This document shows, in pieces, positions 14,105 to 30,468 of a stretch of 64,000 bases of DNA; positions within the stretch are counted from its first letter, which is position 1, and every line of letters begins with the position of its first letter. Origin of the DNA: the human T2T-CHM13v2.0 reference genome, Homo sapiens; assembly GCF_009914755.1 (NCBI RefSeq), contig NC_060941.1, one strand, 5' to 3'. Under the pieces are notes generated by a model that saw nothing but the letters and a program-made list of their open reading frames with translations, searched no databases and had not been told where the DNA came from. Position numbers and translations under genes: made by a program.

Positions 14105-14889
14105 TGAGACGGAGCATGGACCCCTATTAGAGGCCTGCTGGGCCTCCTCCAGCATGGAAACAAAGGAAAATCTTGATTTCCTTCAAGGGAAATTCCAGGT
14201 ACCTAGCTGGCCTTGAGAAGTAAATGAGCCACCTGATAAGCAAGAAGGGAATAATAGCTTCAAGTAACAGGCACTCAAGTAAGTCAGAGCCACAAGGTGT
14301 TTGGTCCCCTATTGAAACTAAAGATTACATCTTAGCATATGTCCATGAATGGTTTTTCAGAAACCCGGACCCACGTCAGATGGAAAATACTGACCATCAT
14401 CACAGAGACCTCAGATGTCGGGGAGCTGAGGGCTGCACTCTGACGGCTGCTCTTTGTTGTAAATTTCTTTCTCAGGGGCCTGGAGAGAGTCATGCCCACA
14501 GGCCAGACCTTAACATTCCTTTCTGCTGACCCCAAGTTTTCGACAAAGCCTGGCTTCCTTAACCAATTGCAATCAAAGAATCCTGAAGCCGCCTATGACC
14601 TGTAAGCCCCTTGCTTCAAGAGCTTCCGCCTTTTTGGGCCAAACCAATGTATACCCTCTGCATTGATTTATGGTTTCCCTGTAACTTCTGCTTTCCTGAA
14701 TTGTTCCCCTGCCTTTAAAATCCCTTGCTTGTAAGCCATCCAGGAGGTTGGGTCTGAAGTGTAAGCTGCCCCATTCTCCTTGCTTGGTGTCCTGCAAGTT
14801 AACACCCTCCTTTCTCCTGCTGCAAACCTCCGTGTGGGTGTTTGGTTTTACCACACGGGGCAAGCAGACCCAGGTTCAGTTCAGTAACA
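14105..14889 (+). mobile_element. LTR26-like ERV1 solo LTR nested in another LTR (~14042-15266)
   Basis: TG...CA termini with exact 4-bp TSD AGAC. The host LTR continues either side. Confidence 0.7.
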
Positions 14890-16713
14890 AGACCGGACTG
14901 GAATGGAGTTCCTTGCGCTAAAGTTCCACTTTTCCAAACCAAAACTAAGTTGTTTATCTGACCTTCTGAGAAGTCAGGACACAGAGAGATAAAAGGCAAA
15001 TCTCCAACAGGCCAGGTTTAGCCAGAGTGATAAGCAGTCCTTCCCCTCTGCTTTAATGTTTACAAGGAAAGTAACTTTGCAACCAATCTATGCTTTGTTC
15101 TTTGCTTCCACTTCAGCCTTTTCTATCCATAAAGCCCATCTCCCCCACTCTGCTTGGAGGAACGCTCAGTCTGTTTTATGGAATGAAGTGTTGCCTGATT
15201 CTAGAATAGCAAATAAAGCCAATTAGGATCTTTAAACTAAATCTGTTGTACTTTTGTCTTTTGACAGTTCCATGATGGAAAATCTAATGGCCACTTTCCA
15301 TTTACCACATCCCAGGAGCAGTCCAGGTAAGTGGCTCCTTTTGTTTCTGGGGTCCATCTCGCTCCTGGCTCTTGACGCCGATGCTTCTCCTTCTCCTCCT
15401 GCATTTCTTGTGCTCCTCCCCAAGGTTTGCCAGCGCGCTCACAACCCTTGCTTGGGATTTAAAATCTGAAGTGCGTCATAACTCACCCCTGGACTCTGTT
15501 ATTCTTTTATTGGTATGCCAGAAAAAAAGAACCCCAAGCTCTCTGGGTGACCAAATTGATATTTAAAGCATTAATTATTAACTCTATTCTTACAACCTCC
15601 AGATTTTATCTCCACTCAGAATTATATGTACAGCTGCCTAGCTGATTTCCAGACTGAAATGCCTCTTTGACATTACAGATTAAAACTGATCCCACTCTAT
15701 TGTCCAGGTCATCTTCCTTGACTTGGCTGTGACCCAGACTTACTGTCTAAATAAATGGTGTGACGGCTCACCTAGGGACCCCAATCCAGACTCTAGGAGA
15801 GTTTCTTCAGCCTGTATCCCCCCATGTCATGAATAATCCATTACCGAGTCCTGTTCGTTCTTCCTATACATCTCTCCAAAGGCTTCCCTCCATTTCCACA
15901 ATGACCCCAACTGTTTCACCACTCGCTCCTCAAAGAACCTCTGGATTTGTTTCTAGCTTTTGGCTATGAGGAATAAGCCTGCTGAGAACATTCAGCTCCA
16001 GGATTTTGTGTGAATGTAAGTGCTTTAGTGGTGGGGCGGGACCCTGCAGGCCATCCCTGGGTTGGATGATTCTCTAGAGGGACCCAGAGAACTCCACCAA
16101 GCTGACCTAAGGCTCTGAAAGTCAAACAGATACCGCATGGCCCAATGCCTGCACCATAGCTCACTTGTTGGAATAAACTGCCTAAGAAAAATGGGGGTAC
16201 GTGGTTACATTATCAGAGGCATCCCAGGTGGATCCTGGAGACATGGACAGTACCCGTAGTCACGAAGCTGACAGCTGGAAGAAGCCCATCTGGTTCAACC
16301 CCTGTCTGGCATATTCCTTCCTTCTCCATCCTCACTTTCTACCCCTCACAGGGACAGAGAATTTACAGCTTACCGAGCCAGGCCATTGCACTTTTGGACA
16401 ACTCTACTAAATGGATTTTCCTCATGCCATTGCATAACTGCTACCTGCCACCAGAGCCTCAGAAATACATGGTTTTCCATCAAGCACTCATGGAACATGT
16501 AACTGTGGGCGCTTCTAGGGCGGTTCATGATGGATCCTCCAAGATCAACTAAATATAAAACAAGCTCCCAGGTAACAGAACCATTTCAGCTGTTAAATAA
16601 AATCATCTGTATTAACCTAGTTTAATTATGAGGGACATCTCTCCCAACATAATATATATATATATAATAAATATATACATATATAATATATAATAAATAA
16701 ATATATATAATAA

Positions 16714-17030
<317 letters not shown>

Positions 17031-17073
17031 CAACATACTCATAATTTTTTTAAAAGAATAGTTGGTATTTGGG

Positions 17074-17410
<337 letters not shown>

Positions 17411-18241
17411 TCATCTGTTGAGGTTTTATATGAAAACAAAACCTTATACCGTTGTGTGGAGAAAGGTGCTGACTGTCCTCTTTGTGGTGGGGTGAATATG
17501 GCTTCAGCACACCCAGCAGCTGTTTTGGGTTCTCAAGAAGGGAGGCCCAAAGTAGTCCAATCGTAATAGGGTCTCTCAGAAACCCAGCCCAGCTACTCCC
17601 CTCCCTCAAGGGAGTTTGTGACCTTGCTACTCACAGCGTGGTCCATGCATCAGCAGCACTGGGGTCACCTGAAGTTTGTGTGAAATGTGGCATTCCAGGC
17701 CTGCTGCACCACGTGCATCAAAGCACACACGTTCTTCCTATTGCTGAGAGGGAGGAGGGACGGCAGCACAGGAGCAAAGCCATCACTGTGATTGCGGTTA
17801 GGGACAGTGCCAGAGCACCCAGCCCCGAGCCCCACCACCACCACCCCTTGTCCTTAATTACAGAATTCACTTGAAATTAAAAATCCCCGCTCCCTAAATA
17901 CCCACCCTCTCCTCTGGCTTTCTTTTTAGCTGAGGCAGCTGCTCTCGCCTCTTCTTTCACTCGCTCCTGGCAGCACAGCAATCTCTGCAAGTTACTTGGA
18001 CCCTCAGGACTCCTTGTTCAAGTGCAATGGAGGACCATGCAGATGGCAGGGAAAACCAAAGAAAGCTCAGGTGGCCCATCATGGCTGTCATCGGTGGAAG
18101 AACGTCTCTATTTAACACTGAACCTTAGTAATGACATGCTCTCCCCTTGTCCTGGACCTTCATTTTGAAATAGAGCATTCGGGTGGGAGGGGAACCACGG
18201 GGGCATTTCAATCCTGAACCTGCTCTGGGCGGTGGCTCTAG

Positions 18242-18556
<315 letters not shown>

Positions 18557-19355
18557 TGTCCTCATTTACTTAAAGAGCCATTACTCACCCCCAATTCCCC
18601 ATAGATAGTGGCCAACTTCTTTGAAATCTGGAGACATTTTCAAATGCTCAACCCTTTTTTCAGCAATTCTATCTGTTTCTAAAATAAGTGTCACTCAGGA
18701 TGGATATGCTTTTAGAGAAACACTGTGACAAAGACCCTTTGCTCCAGAGGAAGGACCTGCAGTGGCCCCAGGCTGTGGCTCCAGCATCACTTGAGACAGT
18801 GTGAACATTTGGACACAATTAAAATGAGGACACTTAATCAAAGAACACACTTACAAAGGAAAGGGGCAGGAAAGCCGGGAGGCAGCAGGTGTGGGACCCC
18901 ACATGGGACAGGCAGCTGTGTGTTGTTGGTACCACCTTCCTGCCATGGCTTTCCTACACCAGCAGAGAGAAAGCCCATTTCTGCTCTCTGCTGCAAGACT
19001 CTCTGGATGGAAGGCCCAGTTCCACAGGAAAGAAATCCTGGTGGCTGAGGCGTGCCTGTGCATAGCCTGGATGGCTCGGCCTGTGGCCGGCAGGCACCCA
19101 GGGCCCCTGGTGGGGGTCTCACCCGCTTGGGATGGCCTCAGCTCCCAGGCTGCAGCCACCACTGCCATTTCAAAGGTGAGAAGGAACTGTCTGTGTGGGC
19201 CTCTCATCCCGCAAAGTGAGGGAGGCGGGAGCTGGGTGGTGCAGGGAATTAGGAAAGGCAAACCTGGGACGTGCTGTGCCCTGCAGTGCAGTTTCCAGAG
19301 GGGAGCAGCCCGGGGTGGCAGACGTTTGCATTTGGATGTTAGAAATGCTCTTCCT

Positions 19356-19773
<418 letters not shown>

Positions 19774-22700
19774 TCAAGAGAAGCCCAGGATCTGGGGAGC
19801 CCGGGACCCCCTTCATCATCCACTGTGCTTGGGATGGGGCTCCTCTTGTTCTCCTGCCCCAAAGGAGCTGGCACACCAAGCGATGCTTCCAATTGTCCAC
19901 TGCCTTTATGGGAAGGGACAGCGGTCTCTCCTTGGTGCCAGTGTTAGAAGGAAGAATTGATGCTCACTCGGTCCTGCTGTGTGTGGGAGTCTCCTCTGCA
20001 CCCCACCCTATCTTGTCACTCGTCACCACTGGGTTGAGCAATACCAGACTTTGTTTCCAGGCTTTGTTTCCTGGCCCTTGACAATAAACAGAACAGTGTC
20101 CCTCAGCCTTTCACACCACATAGACCCCTCAGGATGAGGGGCTGCTCAAGCAGCTCCCACTGATGCTGGGCCTTGGGAAGAGGGGGCCAGTGGGGAGGGC
20201 CCTCCCCTGAGCTGAGAGGTCCCTTTATAAAGGCAAGTCCAAGCCCCAGAGATTTGGGGGTCAGCAGGGGAGAGAGCAGGGCTGAAGGCGTAGAGGGGGC
20301 ACCCTGCACTTTATACCTGGGGCAATGCAACAACAAAGGTGCCAGGTATGTGGACACACACCTAGAGGAAGAGTGCTGTGCACCCTCAAAGCCTGGTCTG
20401 AGGATCAGCAAACCAGCCCCTCTGGGAAGGTTGTTGGAAAGGCCAACTCTCAAGCCCCTCCCCACCCCTGATGCACCAGAACCTTCAGTCTGACCTAGCC
20501 CTGGGTGACTCCCCTGCTCCCGAGGTCTGGGACGAGCTGCCTGCAGCACTGGCTCTCAATCTGCCTGATTGTCAGCACCATCTGGAGAGCCAGAGAAATT
20601 CTGAAAAGACAGATCTCTGGGCGCTTCCATCCCTGGGATTGTGACTCAGTAAGTAAGGGGTGAAGCACAATAATTCATATCTATGTTTTTAAAGCTCCTC
20701 CAGCATTCTGGATGCTTAGCCAGCCTGGGGACCCTCTCTCTGCTCTTCGGGTATCTTACAGGTAAGAAAGATGTCATTGTAAGCTTTTACCCTTGGAAAC
20801 ACATTCATTCCAAACATATCAAAAGAACTTATTAGGCCGTGTGTGGTGGCTTATGCCTGTAATCCCAGAGCTTTGGGAGGCCCAGGTGGGCGGATCGCTT
20901 GAGCCCAGGAATTTGAGAACAGCCTGGACCTCCTTGACTTCTGGGGAGTTTATGAGGGACCTGGACACTGTCAGAGTGGTTTTTTGTTTCCCTTTGTGTA
21001 CAGTTTTGAGTTCATTGTTTATGTATTAGGGTTTGGAATAGGATCATATAAATATTTCAGGTCCTAAAATAGCTGTGACAGTGTCACTAATCTGCCCCTG
21101 AGCTGAACATCCACCCCTCCGCCGCCATTTAATCCTCCAGTCATGTGAGGGAGGATGGGAGTCTGTGTGAACGTCATTCTCACTCGCCTTCAAAGATCAT
21201 ATCTGCCTGTCTCATCTGTCAAGAACGTAGAGTTTGTTGTGATGGTGTATTCAAAATAGACGAAACGTGTGGTCATTGTACTTGGCAAACAGCTTTTCAC
21301 GTCAGGATGTTTCTGCCCCCGGCTCAGGGCTGGTCCGACTGTGTGAAGAATGTGGCTCAGTGCAGGTGCCCAGTCTGCCACCCTCAGTCCCGCAGCTGCA
21401 GTGTTAGAATAACTGTGCTGTGGGCACCCAGCGTTGGTGACATGGGGAATGTGGAATAATGAATACTTAATTCACATGTGCTTATAGAAAAAACTTTATA
21501 CAATAAAAATAACCAATTGTTATATTTACATCTTTTTCTGTCACTATATATAAAAGGAATCAAGAATTTTCATGCAGCTTCCGGGTATTCTTGAGACTGG
21601 TATATCATTTCTTTTTGAAAAGTGCATTATTGCATAACACCACCTAGATAAATATATTTTTATGTATTTATAAGTATATTTTAGCTCAAAAATATCAATA
21701 GTATACATAGCTTATAGCACAGTTTGGGAAATGCTGATGTATATGGTAATAATGCGTTGTTTGGGATGATTTAAAATTATATCAGGATATTAGGAGCCCA
21801 ATATAGTGATCCAGATTGAGATCCTCTTGTCTAGTATTCTTTAAAATGGCAAAACATCAAATCTAGAAAATAGATAAGAAATGAATTTTAAGATAAAAGT
21901 ACAACAGATTTTCTATTTTTACAAAAATCATTATTGATTTTCAAAAATATATTTTAGAATTCAAGCTGTTAATTTAAAAAGTGCTTATTTCATCATATAA
22001 CGAACAAAACTGGATATAAGAAAAAACGCCTCGTCTTGCTGTCTCCAAATCTTGCAGCTTTTCAAAGTTTCAGAATTTTGTAAAATATTTTGAATAGCCC
22101 AGACTTTCTGAAAATCGGCGTAGCCTTTCAAAGTATTAGAATTGAGAAGCTTTTAAATGCCAATCTTATTTTATAAAGTGTTGACTTTTCACTGTAGACT
22201 AATAGCGAACAGTTTGTAAAGAAATGTAAATAAAAAATGTAAATAAATAAAATAGGCTTATTAGTTTTCAAAAAATTTATTTAAAAGGAAGGGGCAATGT
22301 TGATTGGAGTGAGGAAGTATTTGAAAATGTATTTTGTGAAAGAAATCAACGCACATGCACACACACATGCCTCAAAAGCGAAACTCCAACAATGCAGCTG
22401 CTGTTCCTTTGCAGCAATATTTATCTCACCTTGAGTGAGTGAGGGCCATGCTGCTTGGAAGCGTAATAACTTAAACACCTTGCCTATGTCTAGGGATTAA
22501 AAACTAAGCTCTACTCAGCTCATGTAATGCCCCTGACCTCCACCAGAGAGAGATTCTTGGTTATTCCTTGTGGGCAAATATGTCCATGGATCAGTGGATC
22601 AGGGACTGTTGAATCAGATATGTCTCCCTCTCTACATGTCACGGTTTGTAGAGATCAAAAATTTCCCTGAAAACACCCAGGTTTATGAAGCCAGGTGATC

Positions 22701-23264
22701 AGCCAGTTCTGAGGCCTAACTAGGGAGGCCAGAATCCTGCTTGCAGGACAGGGCTGGGTTGGGGATGTCTGTGGTGATGTCATCTCCAGCTGTGAGCTCC
22801 AGGGCAATGCTGTCTGGGATGAAGGTCTGGGGCACCCTGAGCTCCTGGAGAAACGGGTGCAGTTAAGAGCTCTATGAAGATTGTATGTGGTGGCAACGCT
22901 GCTGGGATACCCCGTGGGTAGCCTAGAGAAGAAGTACTGTGTCCCATTGCAGGTGAAGGTGAATTAAGGCAGAGAGGCTATTGAAATAGGCACTGAACAG
23001 AACATGATAGCCGAATCTATAACAGCAAAATATTTACCAGTTGTTGATTGGATGGGGTCAGTAAGTTCCATAATACTGGGTGTTGGGTATGGGGTCTTAA
23101 TGAAAGGATTACAATGTTAAGGTTGTAGTAATCCACTGTGAAGCACCATTTATTTTTTTCCAGGCTTAAGCACAGGCAAGACTGAGCTGTCAAATGGAGA
23201 AGCAGTAGAGAGAATCACCCTTTTATTAATTAGGTTTTATATATTAAGTTTTAAACTTGAAGGT

Positions 23265-23630
23265 CCTGTACATCTGAATTGTGTCTCTCCCAAAATTACA
23301 TACTGAAGCCCTTACCCCAGTACCTCAGAATGTGCCTGAATTTACAGATACAGCCTTTAAAGGGTGTGGTTAAGTTAAAGTGAGACCATTAAGGTGGGCC
23401 CTAATCCAACATGACAGGTGTCGCTATAAAAGAAGAAATCTGGAGACATAAAGAGACCTCAGTGCTGGGTGTGCTCATAGGAAAGGTCATCCCAGGTCGG
23501 GAGAGAGGCCTCAGAGAAACCAAATACCCCGCACCTTGGTCTTGGAATTCCAGCCTCCAGAACAGTGAGAAAATAAATTTCTATTGTTAAAGTCACCCAG
23601 TGTCTGGTAGCCCTAGCAGACTAACACATC
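23265..23630 (+). mobile_element. MLT1 (MaLR) LTR
   Basis: gaattgtgtc...gggccctaatccaa...ccagcctccagaac.gtgagaaaataaatttc...gactaacaca. Confidence 0.8.
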
Positions 23631-24147
23631 TTGCTATAACTTACGTAGAGTCATATTAACTATTTTAACTGGGGACCTGCAAGGTCCAATTTACCTCATA
23701 ATTATAGCAATATTAACTATTTTTACTGGGGACCTCCAAGGTCCAAGCCAATTTGTAGGTGCCAAAGACTTAATTGAATCATACATATTACTCATTGTGT
23801 TAGAGCATGTTTTAGGGCAATGAGTATTATGCTTATGAGAAATTTAGGCAAAGCTACAGTTAAAATAAAGCATGGCTATTTTTCCTCTATAGTTATTTTG
23901 CCAGGATCACAGGCATTGCAGTGTTTAAATTTAGTGAGATTCCCAGGTATAACTGTAATTTGAGTCCCAGCATTGACTAAGTTCATGAAGCTTTGTCAAT
24001 TGGTGCATTTGTTAATCTGGAGCCCATGCTGCACAGGCACAAAAGCCAATCACGGCCCCTTTTATCTCTTTGTTATATAAATCCTTATAGTAAATTTTGT
24101 GTTTCCAATTGGGTCAAGTTATGGACCTTTGTTTTATTACATATTTA

Positions 24148-25131
<984 letters not shown>

Positions 25132-25191
25132 TTTATATTAAAATATGTAGAATATATGAAACATTACATGCAGGTAATTTTTAATATTCAC

Positions 25192-25197
25192 TTTATT
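25192..25197 (-). terminator. Candidate polyadenylation signal (AATAAA on minus strand) for a long C17orf51 3' UTR
   Basis: tttatt on the plus strand just before the MER41 edge. It is only one of several possible hexamers between 25 and 32 kb. Confidence 0.3.
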
Positions 25198-26124
25198 TTC
25201 ATCCCTGGTGTCTAGGCCTGCCCTCTCCCCCATTTCTGGGCTTCTGGCTGCCCGAAGCCGAGGTTTTGAGTTACTGTCTCTGGCTGACAACTCAAAGTGT
25301 GGACCTTCTAGGGGCTTGTAGGAGGCAGGGTGTGGGGTGGGGATCACAGGCAGCCCAGCCTCTTTCCCAGGCTCTCCAATCCCCTCTAAGGGGGTGGGAT
25401 TTGCCCTTGGAACCTAGACGCCCCCTTTCCGGCTGCACACACCCTGCCTGCTGTTTCCTCTAGAAATGCAAAACTCCATCCCTGCACACTCCTAGATCCC
25501 TGCCGCGGAAGAAATCTTTGAAAAATGAAGTGGCTTCCTTTCAGGACAATATCACCATTTATAGTTTCCTGCTATTTACATCATATACAATTTTATCTGA
25601 GTTGGGCAGAGTGCACATGACACTAAAAACCAATGCAAAAGAGAATCAGTCACAAGATTTTTTATCACAGTATCAACCAAAATGCTCAATCTTACATGAA
25701 AAAGATATTTTCCCACTTTGTTCTTTCATAACTGTGACTTCTTTTCCTCTGGGTGTATATGTCACACATTTGTATGCATTTTCAAATGGGCTACAATTTG
25801 TAATTCCAGCTTGGCTTGAAAATGCAATTCCATATCTAGACATGTAGTTAGGTAATATTTTTCAGGAAATAGAATGTATTTACTACCTGTATCCAACGAT
25901 TTCACCCATGTTCATTCATGGGCAATCCTGCTGCCTTGTGCGGGAAACCAAGATGGATCAGGGGCGAGTGGTGCCCTTAAAGCAGAGACAAGCTCCAATT
26001 ATTACAATATTTCAAGTCCTCAGGTCTTTGTATACAAAATAATTTAGGACATAATTACTTTTTAGTTTAAATAGCCAAACTTTTTACATGTGCTATTTTT
26101 TAAAACTAAATTTTATTGAGGTAT

Positions 26125-26855
26125 TGATATAGAAAAGAGACAGGGAAATACTGCATAGAAGAGGGCGGCTCCCCAGCAAAGGCCCCACCCTCAAGCCTGG
26201 AGACCCATGGCCCTAACTGGGAACAGGCATTTCTGTTTTCGTACCCAAAAAGTTGCCCTTTGGCCCACCACACCCCCGTATCCTGTACCCATATAAACCC
26301 CAAACCCCAGGCTCCAGGAGCAGATGAAGAGATGAAGAGAAAAGCAGTCAAACAGCAGAACGGCATGGCAGAGAAAGTGAGAAGATGAGGAACACCTGAA
26401 CGCTGAGAGGAGTTCAGCTGCGGGTGGTAAGAGAGGAGTTTGGCCGTCCAGTGGCCAAACTCCAGGGGAAGATCGTCTTCGCACTCCCTCCCCACTTCCA
26501 GCTCCCCATGCATCCTACTGAGAGCCACTTCTACCCCTCAGTGAAACCCCTGCATTTATCCTTCAAGTCTGTGTGTGACCTGATTCTTCCAGGATCATGG
26601 ACAAGAGCTTGGGATACAGAAAGCTGTCACAATGACCCTCTGCCTTTGCAGAAAGGCTGAGGGTCCACTGAGCTAGTTAACACTCAAGCCATCCACAGAT
26701 GCCAAGGCTAAAAGAGCACACTGTAGCACACACCCACTTGGGCTCCTGCACCTGTCCCTCTGCGTGATCCCCCTCCCGTAAGGGGTTTGAACAGGCAGCG
26801 AGCCGAACCCTTGTCACACGTCCTGTGAGAGGGGCCAGGGAACACTCCCGTTTCA
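26125..26855 (+). mobile_element. LTR1-like ERV1 solo LTR
   Basis: tgatat...cagggaaatactg...aaggccccaccctcaagcctgg start and cagggaacactcccgtttca end. Confidence 0.7.
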
Positions 26856-28229
26856 GTGTAATTTGTGTTTACTAAAATTAAAATGCAGTTTGATGAGTTA
26901 TAAGTTGTTTTTAACATTATAGCAAAATTTGTTAAATACACAATAAAAATAGGTTTAAGAGGCACAGTTTGACTATAAGCATCTTAGTACATGGAATGGT
27001 TAACAGTTGTTAAAATATCAGTTTCACCAAATTGGGAAAATATCCAGTGTGACTGGAATAGGAGCAATTCCAAATTCGAGAGTATTTATTAAATATTCTA
27101 TTACTCATTAGAAATCGAGGTATCCCAATGTGAAATCACTGTGACCTAAAGCAAGCAACTCATGTCACCTTGGAATCATGATTTCTTCTTCCGGATAGAT
27201 AAGGGGATTAGACTAAAAGATGTCTTAGGTCCCTACAGTTCAAAAGTACTACGACTTCCAGTCCATGCCTGCAGAACACCGACTCCTGCCCCTCCCTCTT
27301 GGAAACTCTCCTCCTGCACCTCCCATCCCTCCACACCCTCCTGCTTTTCCTGTTGCTCTTTTCTGATCTCCAGCGGCCTCTTTCTAAATGCTGGCATTCC
27401 CCAGGCTTTACCCTGGGCCTCTGATCCTGCACTGCCTGCTCTTCACAGCTGCAGCAGCTGCCTGCCTGCTTGTAACTTCCAGGTCTGTATGTTGCTGCCC
27501 CACATCCTGGCCCCAGCATCCCGAAAGCACATTGGATGGCTGCTGGACATTTGTCCATGGGTGTCCACAGGCACATCCAACTCCCCATGCCCAGATTCCC
27601 CTCCCTCACACCTCAAATGCTGCTTCTTTTCCCATTTTATTTCAATAAAAAGCACCAGCACTCATTTTAACCTCAAAATCACTGAGTGATTTAATATTCC
27701 TATGGCATAGTAATCTATGTATTGGACATGAGAAAATGGACGCTTAGGGAAGTGAAGGAACATGTCTAAGGCTACATAGCCAGTCAGTGGTGGAGTCTGG
27801 ATTTGAACTCAGGTGTGTCTGACTTGAAGGCTAGGGCCCCGAACCCTGTCATCCACCCTCATGTGCCTCAGGCGGGAACGTGGGTGCTGTCCTGGATGCC
27901 TCCTCCCTGTCACCACGCACGGCCACTCCGCCAGGACTCACAGGCACACAGGGCTCGCAGATCAGCTCCTCGCACCTCTGGCCCAGCTTGGTCAATCCAC
28001 CCCCATCCTTGCTTCATCCCTAACACAGCCATCTTCCATCTTCCTCTCTTCAAGCCATACTTCACATTTAGAAAAGGTGCTTTTGCTACAGTACAGGTGA
28101 CACCACTCCCTGGCTTACAAGGTGCTGGTGGCAACCAGAAGCTCCCGGGATAGGAGCAAGCCTCGCACTCACAAAAGCCTCTGTCTGCAGCTCCAGCATG
28201 GGGGTGGTCCTCACTAGCCACTATTTCAT

Positions 28230-29130
28230 ATTTGTGAACTTTTCTGCTTGTTAAAATGTATTTTTAACCCCCGAATCAATACTCGTGTTGCTTTCACAGT
28301 CACAGGAAAACATGTGCAGAGTAGGGCAACAATTTGAGCCATCGGCCTCCCAGCGGAGGCCATGCAGGGCCCCACGCTGCCTTCTTGTTCCTACTCTCAA
28401 CCTGCAAACCAGTCTTCTCATGGTCTCTATAGTACCACTTCTTTTGCAGTTTTGAGCTTCTTGTTGTTGATTTCACTGTTTGAAACGGCCTCCAAGCATA
28501 ATGCTGAAGCGCTGTCTAGTGTCCTTATGAGCAAGAAGGCTGTAATGTGCCTTACAGAGAAAACGCTTGTTAGCCAAGCTTGGTTCAGGTGTGGGTTCTA
28601 GTGCTGCGAACTGTGAGTTCAACGCTAATGACAAACACTACAGTGCATCCAGAAAGAGGAAGGGGAGCTTCACCAACCTGTACACGAGGCTGCTTGGGAA
28701 AGTGCAAAACTAATATCCCCTAGAGTGTGGCAAAACCATGGAAACCATAGAAAAGCAGCTACATTTGTGACTTCATGAGATGATGACCAATGAAAGCACA
28801 GCGGGCAGCACTGTTGTGAGGAGAGCCAAAAAGAGGCCTTAGCTAATGCTGCCTGGCTGGCACCTTTCAAAAGGCAGCATGGCATGGAAAGTGTTAGCTT
28901 TTCAGGAGTGGCAGCTCTGTAGATCAGGAAGTACTCTACGGGAAAAGGGTATGTGGAGAGCAGTTTTCAACACTGATGGGACTGCCTTGTTTTACAGGGA
29001 TGTTGGAAAATGAACCCATGGAACATGAATGGTGCCTTGGCAGTTGAAAATATTGCAACCAGAGGCTTGCAGGAACCTTACCCTGTGTTTCCCCAGAAGC
29101 AATACTTCAGGACCCAAGGCGAGTTTACAG
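28230..29130. mobile_element. Tigger/MER44-type DNA transposon fragment
   Basis: aatcaatactc...acatgtgcagagt and gctgaagcgctgtctagtgt...aagaaggctgtaatgtgccttacagagaaaa motifs. Confidence 0.65.
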
Positions 29131-29840
29131 AACATAACCACAGCAAATCACCAGATAGGCCGCGCTCCTCAATCTCCTGCCGCGACGGCTGCAGCTCACT
29201 GAACCACGATTGCCTGAAGACGCTTTTCCTAGGGTGCCCTCTCCCGTCTGTCTCATCACCGAGGCTCATCCCTTAAACCTCAGCCCCAGTCATCCACAGG
29301 ATATGTCTCTGGACCCTGCCTCCAGGGCACTGAGAGGTTTCTTATATAGCACTTTTATTTTTAAATTTGACATACAGTACCCACACCATATTGGATTGAT
29401 GCTATGTTTCTATGTTATGTTATCTAGCAAAGTGCCTGACTCATAGAGACGAGCAGAAAATATTTGCTGAAAGAAGCATAAAGTTTAACAGTATTTATTC
29501 AATTTGTTCATTCTTCCTCACTGAAGTTTCTTGGGCCTTACATTTTTAATTGATAAAATAGTCTTAAATTAACATTCAAATAATAGCTCGTTCCCTGAAA
29601 TAATCTAGAGAAGCCCTGTTCCCTCTTTTTTTGAGCTACCTATAATAACATTCTGCTGAGCCAACATGGAGCAGTTCTCCTGGCACATCCTGCCTGGGGA
29701 AACCGTGGCAGTGACTGTCATTAATGGGAGTCACAGAGCCCCTCCAGCCTCTAGACTATGCTGTCAAGTCTGTATGGTGAAGGCCCTGAGTCACCACAAC
29801 ACTGAAATTGTTTGAGGTGCTCTGGACCCAGGAAACACTG

Positions 29841-29972
29841 CCTGGCCATGGAACACTCTAGCGGAGGAGAGGTGAGGATTACCCCTGGCCATGGAGCACT
29901 CTGGTGGAGGGGAGGTGACGGATTATCCCTGGCCATGGAGCACTCTAGTGGAGGGGAGGTGACGGATTACCT
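29841..29972 (+). repeat. ~44-bp tandem triplication within the MARK2 pseudogene (MEHSSGGEV-DY x3)
   Basis: Units start with cctggccatgg at 29841, 29884 and 29928. Confidence 0.95.
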
Positions 29973-30002
29973 CCTGGATCATGGCCATATGAAAGAGAAA
30001 GG

Positions 30003-30468
30003 TGTGGGGCTCTAGTAAACCACTAAGTTAACTGAAACTGGGAAACAGCCAGGTTGGCGGAACAGGGACCTAACCCAGTCTGCAACCCTTTTGTGTGAAA
30101 AACCACAGCCGTTATTCTTGCAACTTCAGAAGTGAAAAGGCGTGTGGGTTACAAGACAGCTAAAAGCAGCAGGGCGTTTCCCTCGGGCACCAGAAGAGGA
30201 AAGGTCTGGCAGTTAAAATTATTCCAACATATTCTTAGCATATAGCACAAGCTCACCTGCACATAGCGCCGTCCAGCACAACCTTAGAAAACTTCCCTCC
30301 AGCCCTTTATCTTTGCAGACAGCCCCTTCTCTGCTGTGCTGCATGTTGCATTCTTGCAATGTATTTTCATAGTTTCTGTAATAAATTTGCCTTTCTTTAC
30401 TCACGGTTGTCTTGGTAAATACCTTTACTACCCACGACAACCCTGGCCCAGCAGTCGCACCCACGACA
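30003..30468 (+). mobile_element. Solo LTR (ERVL class, LTR47-like) inserted in the MARK2 pseudogene
   Basis: TG...CA termini, internal AATAAA, and an exact 5-bp TSD AAAGG (29998-30002 / 30469-30473). Removing it restores the in-frame MKEKGAHEEF. Confidence 0.85.
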
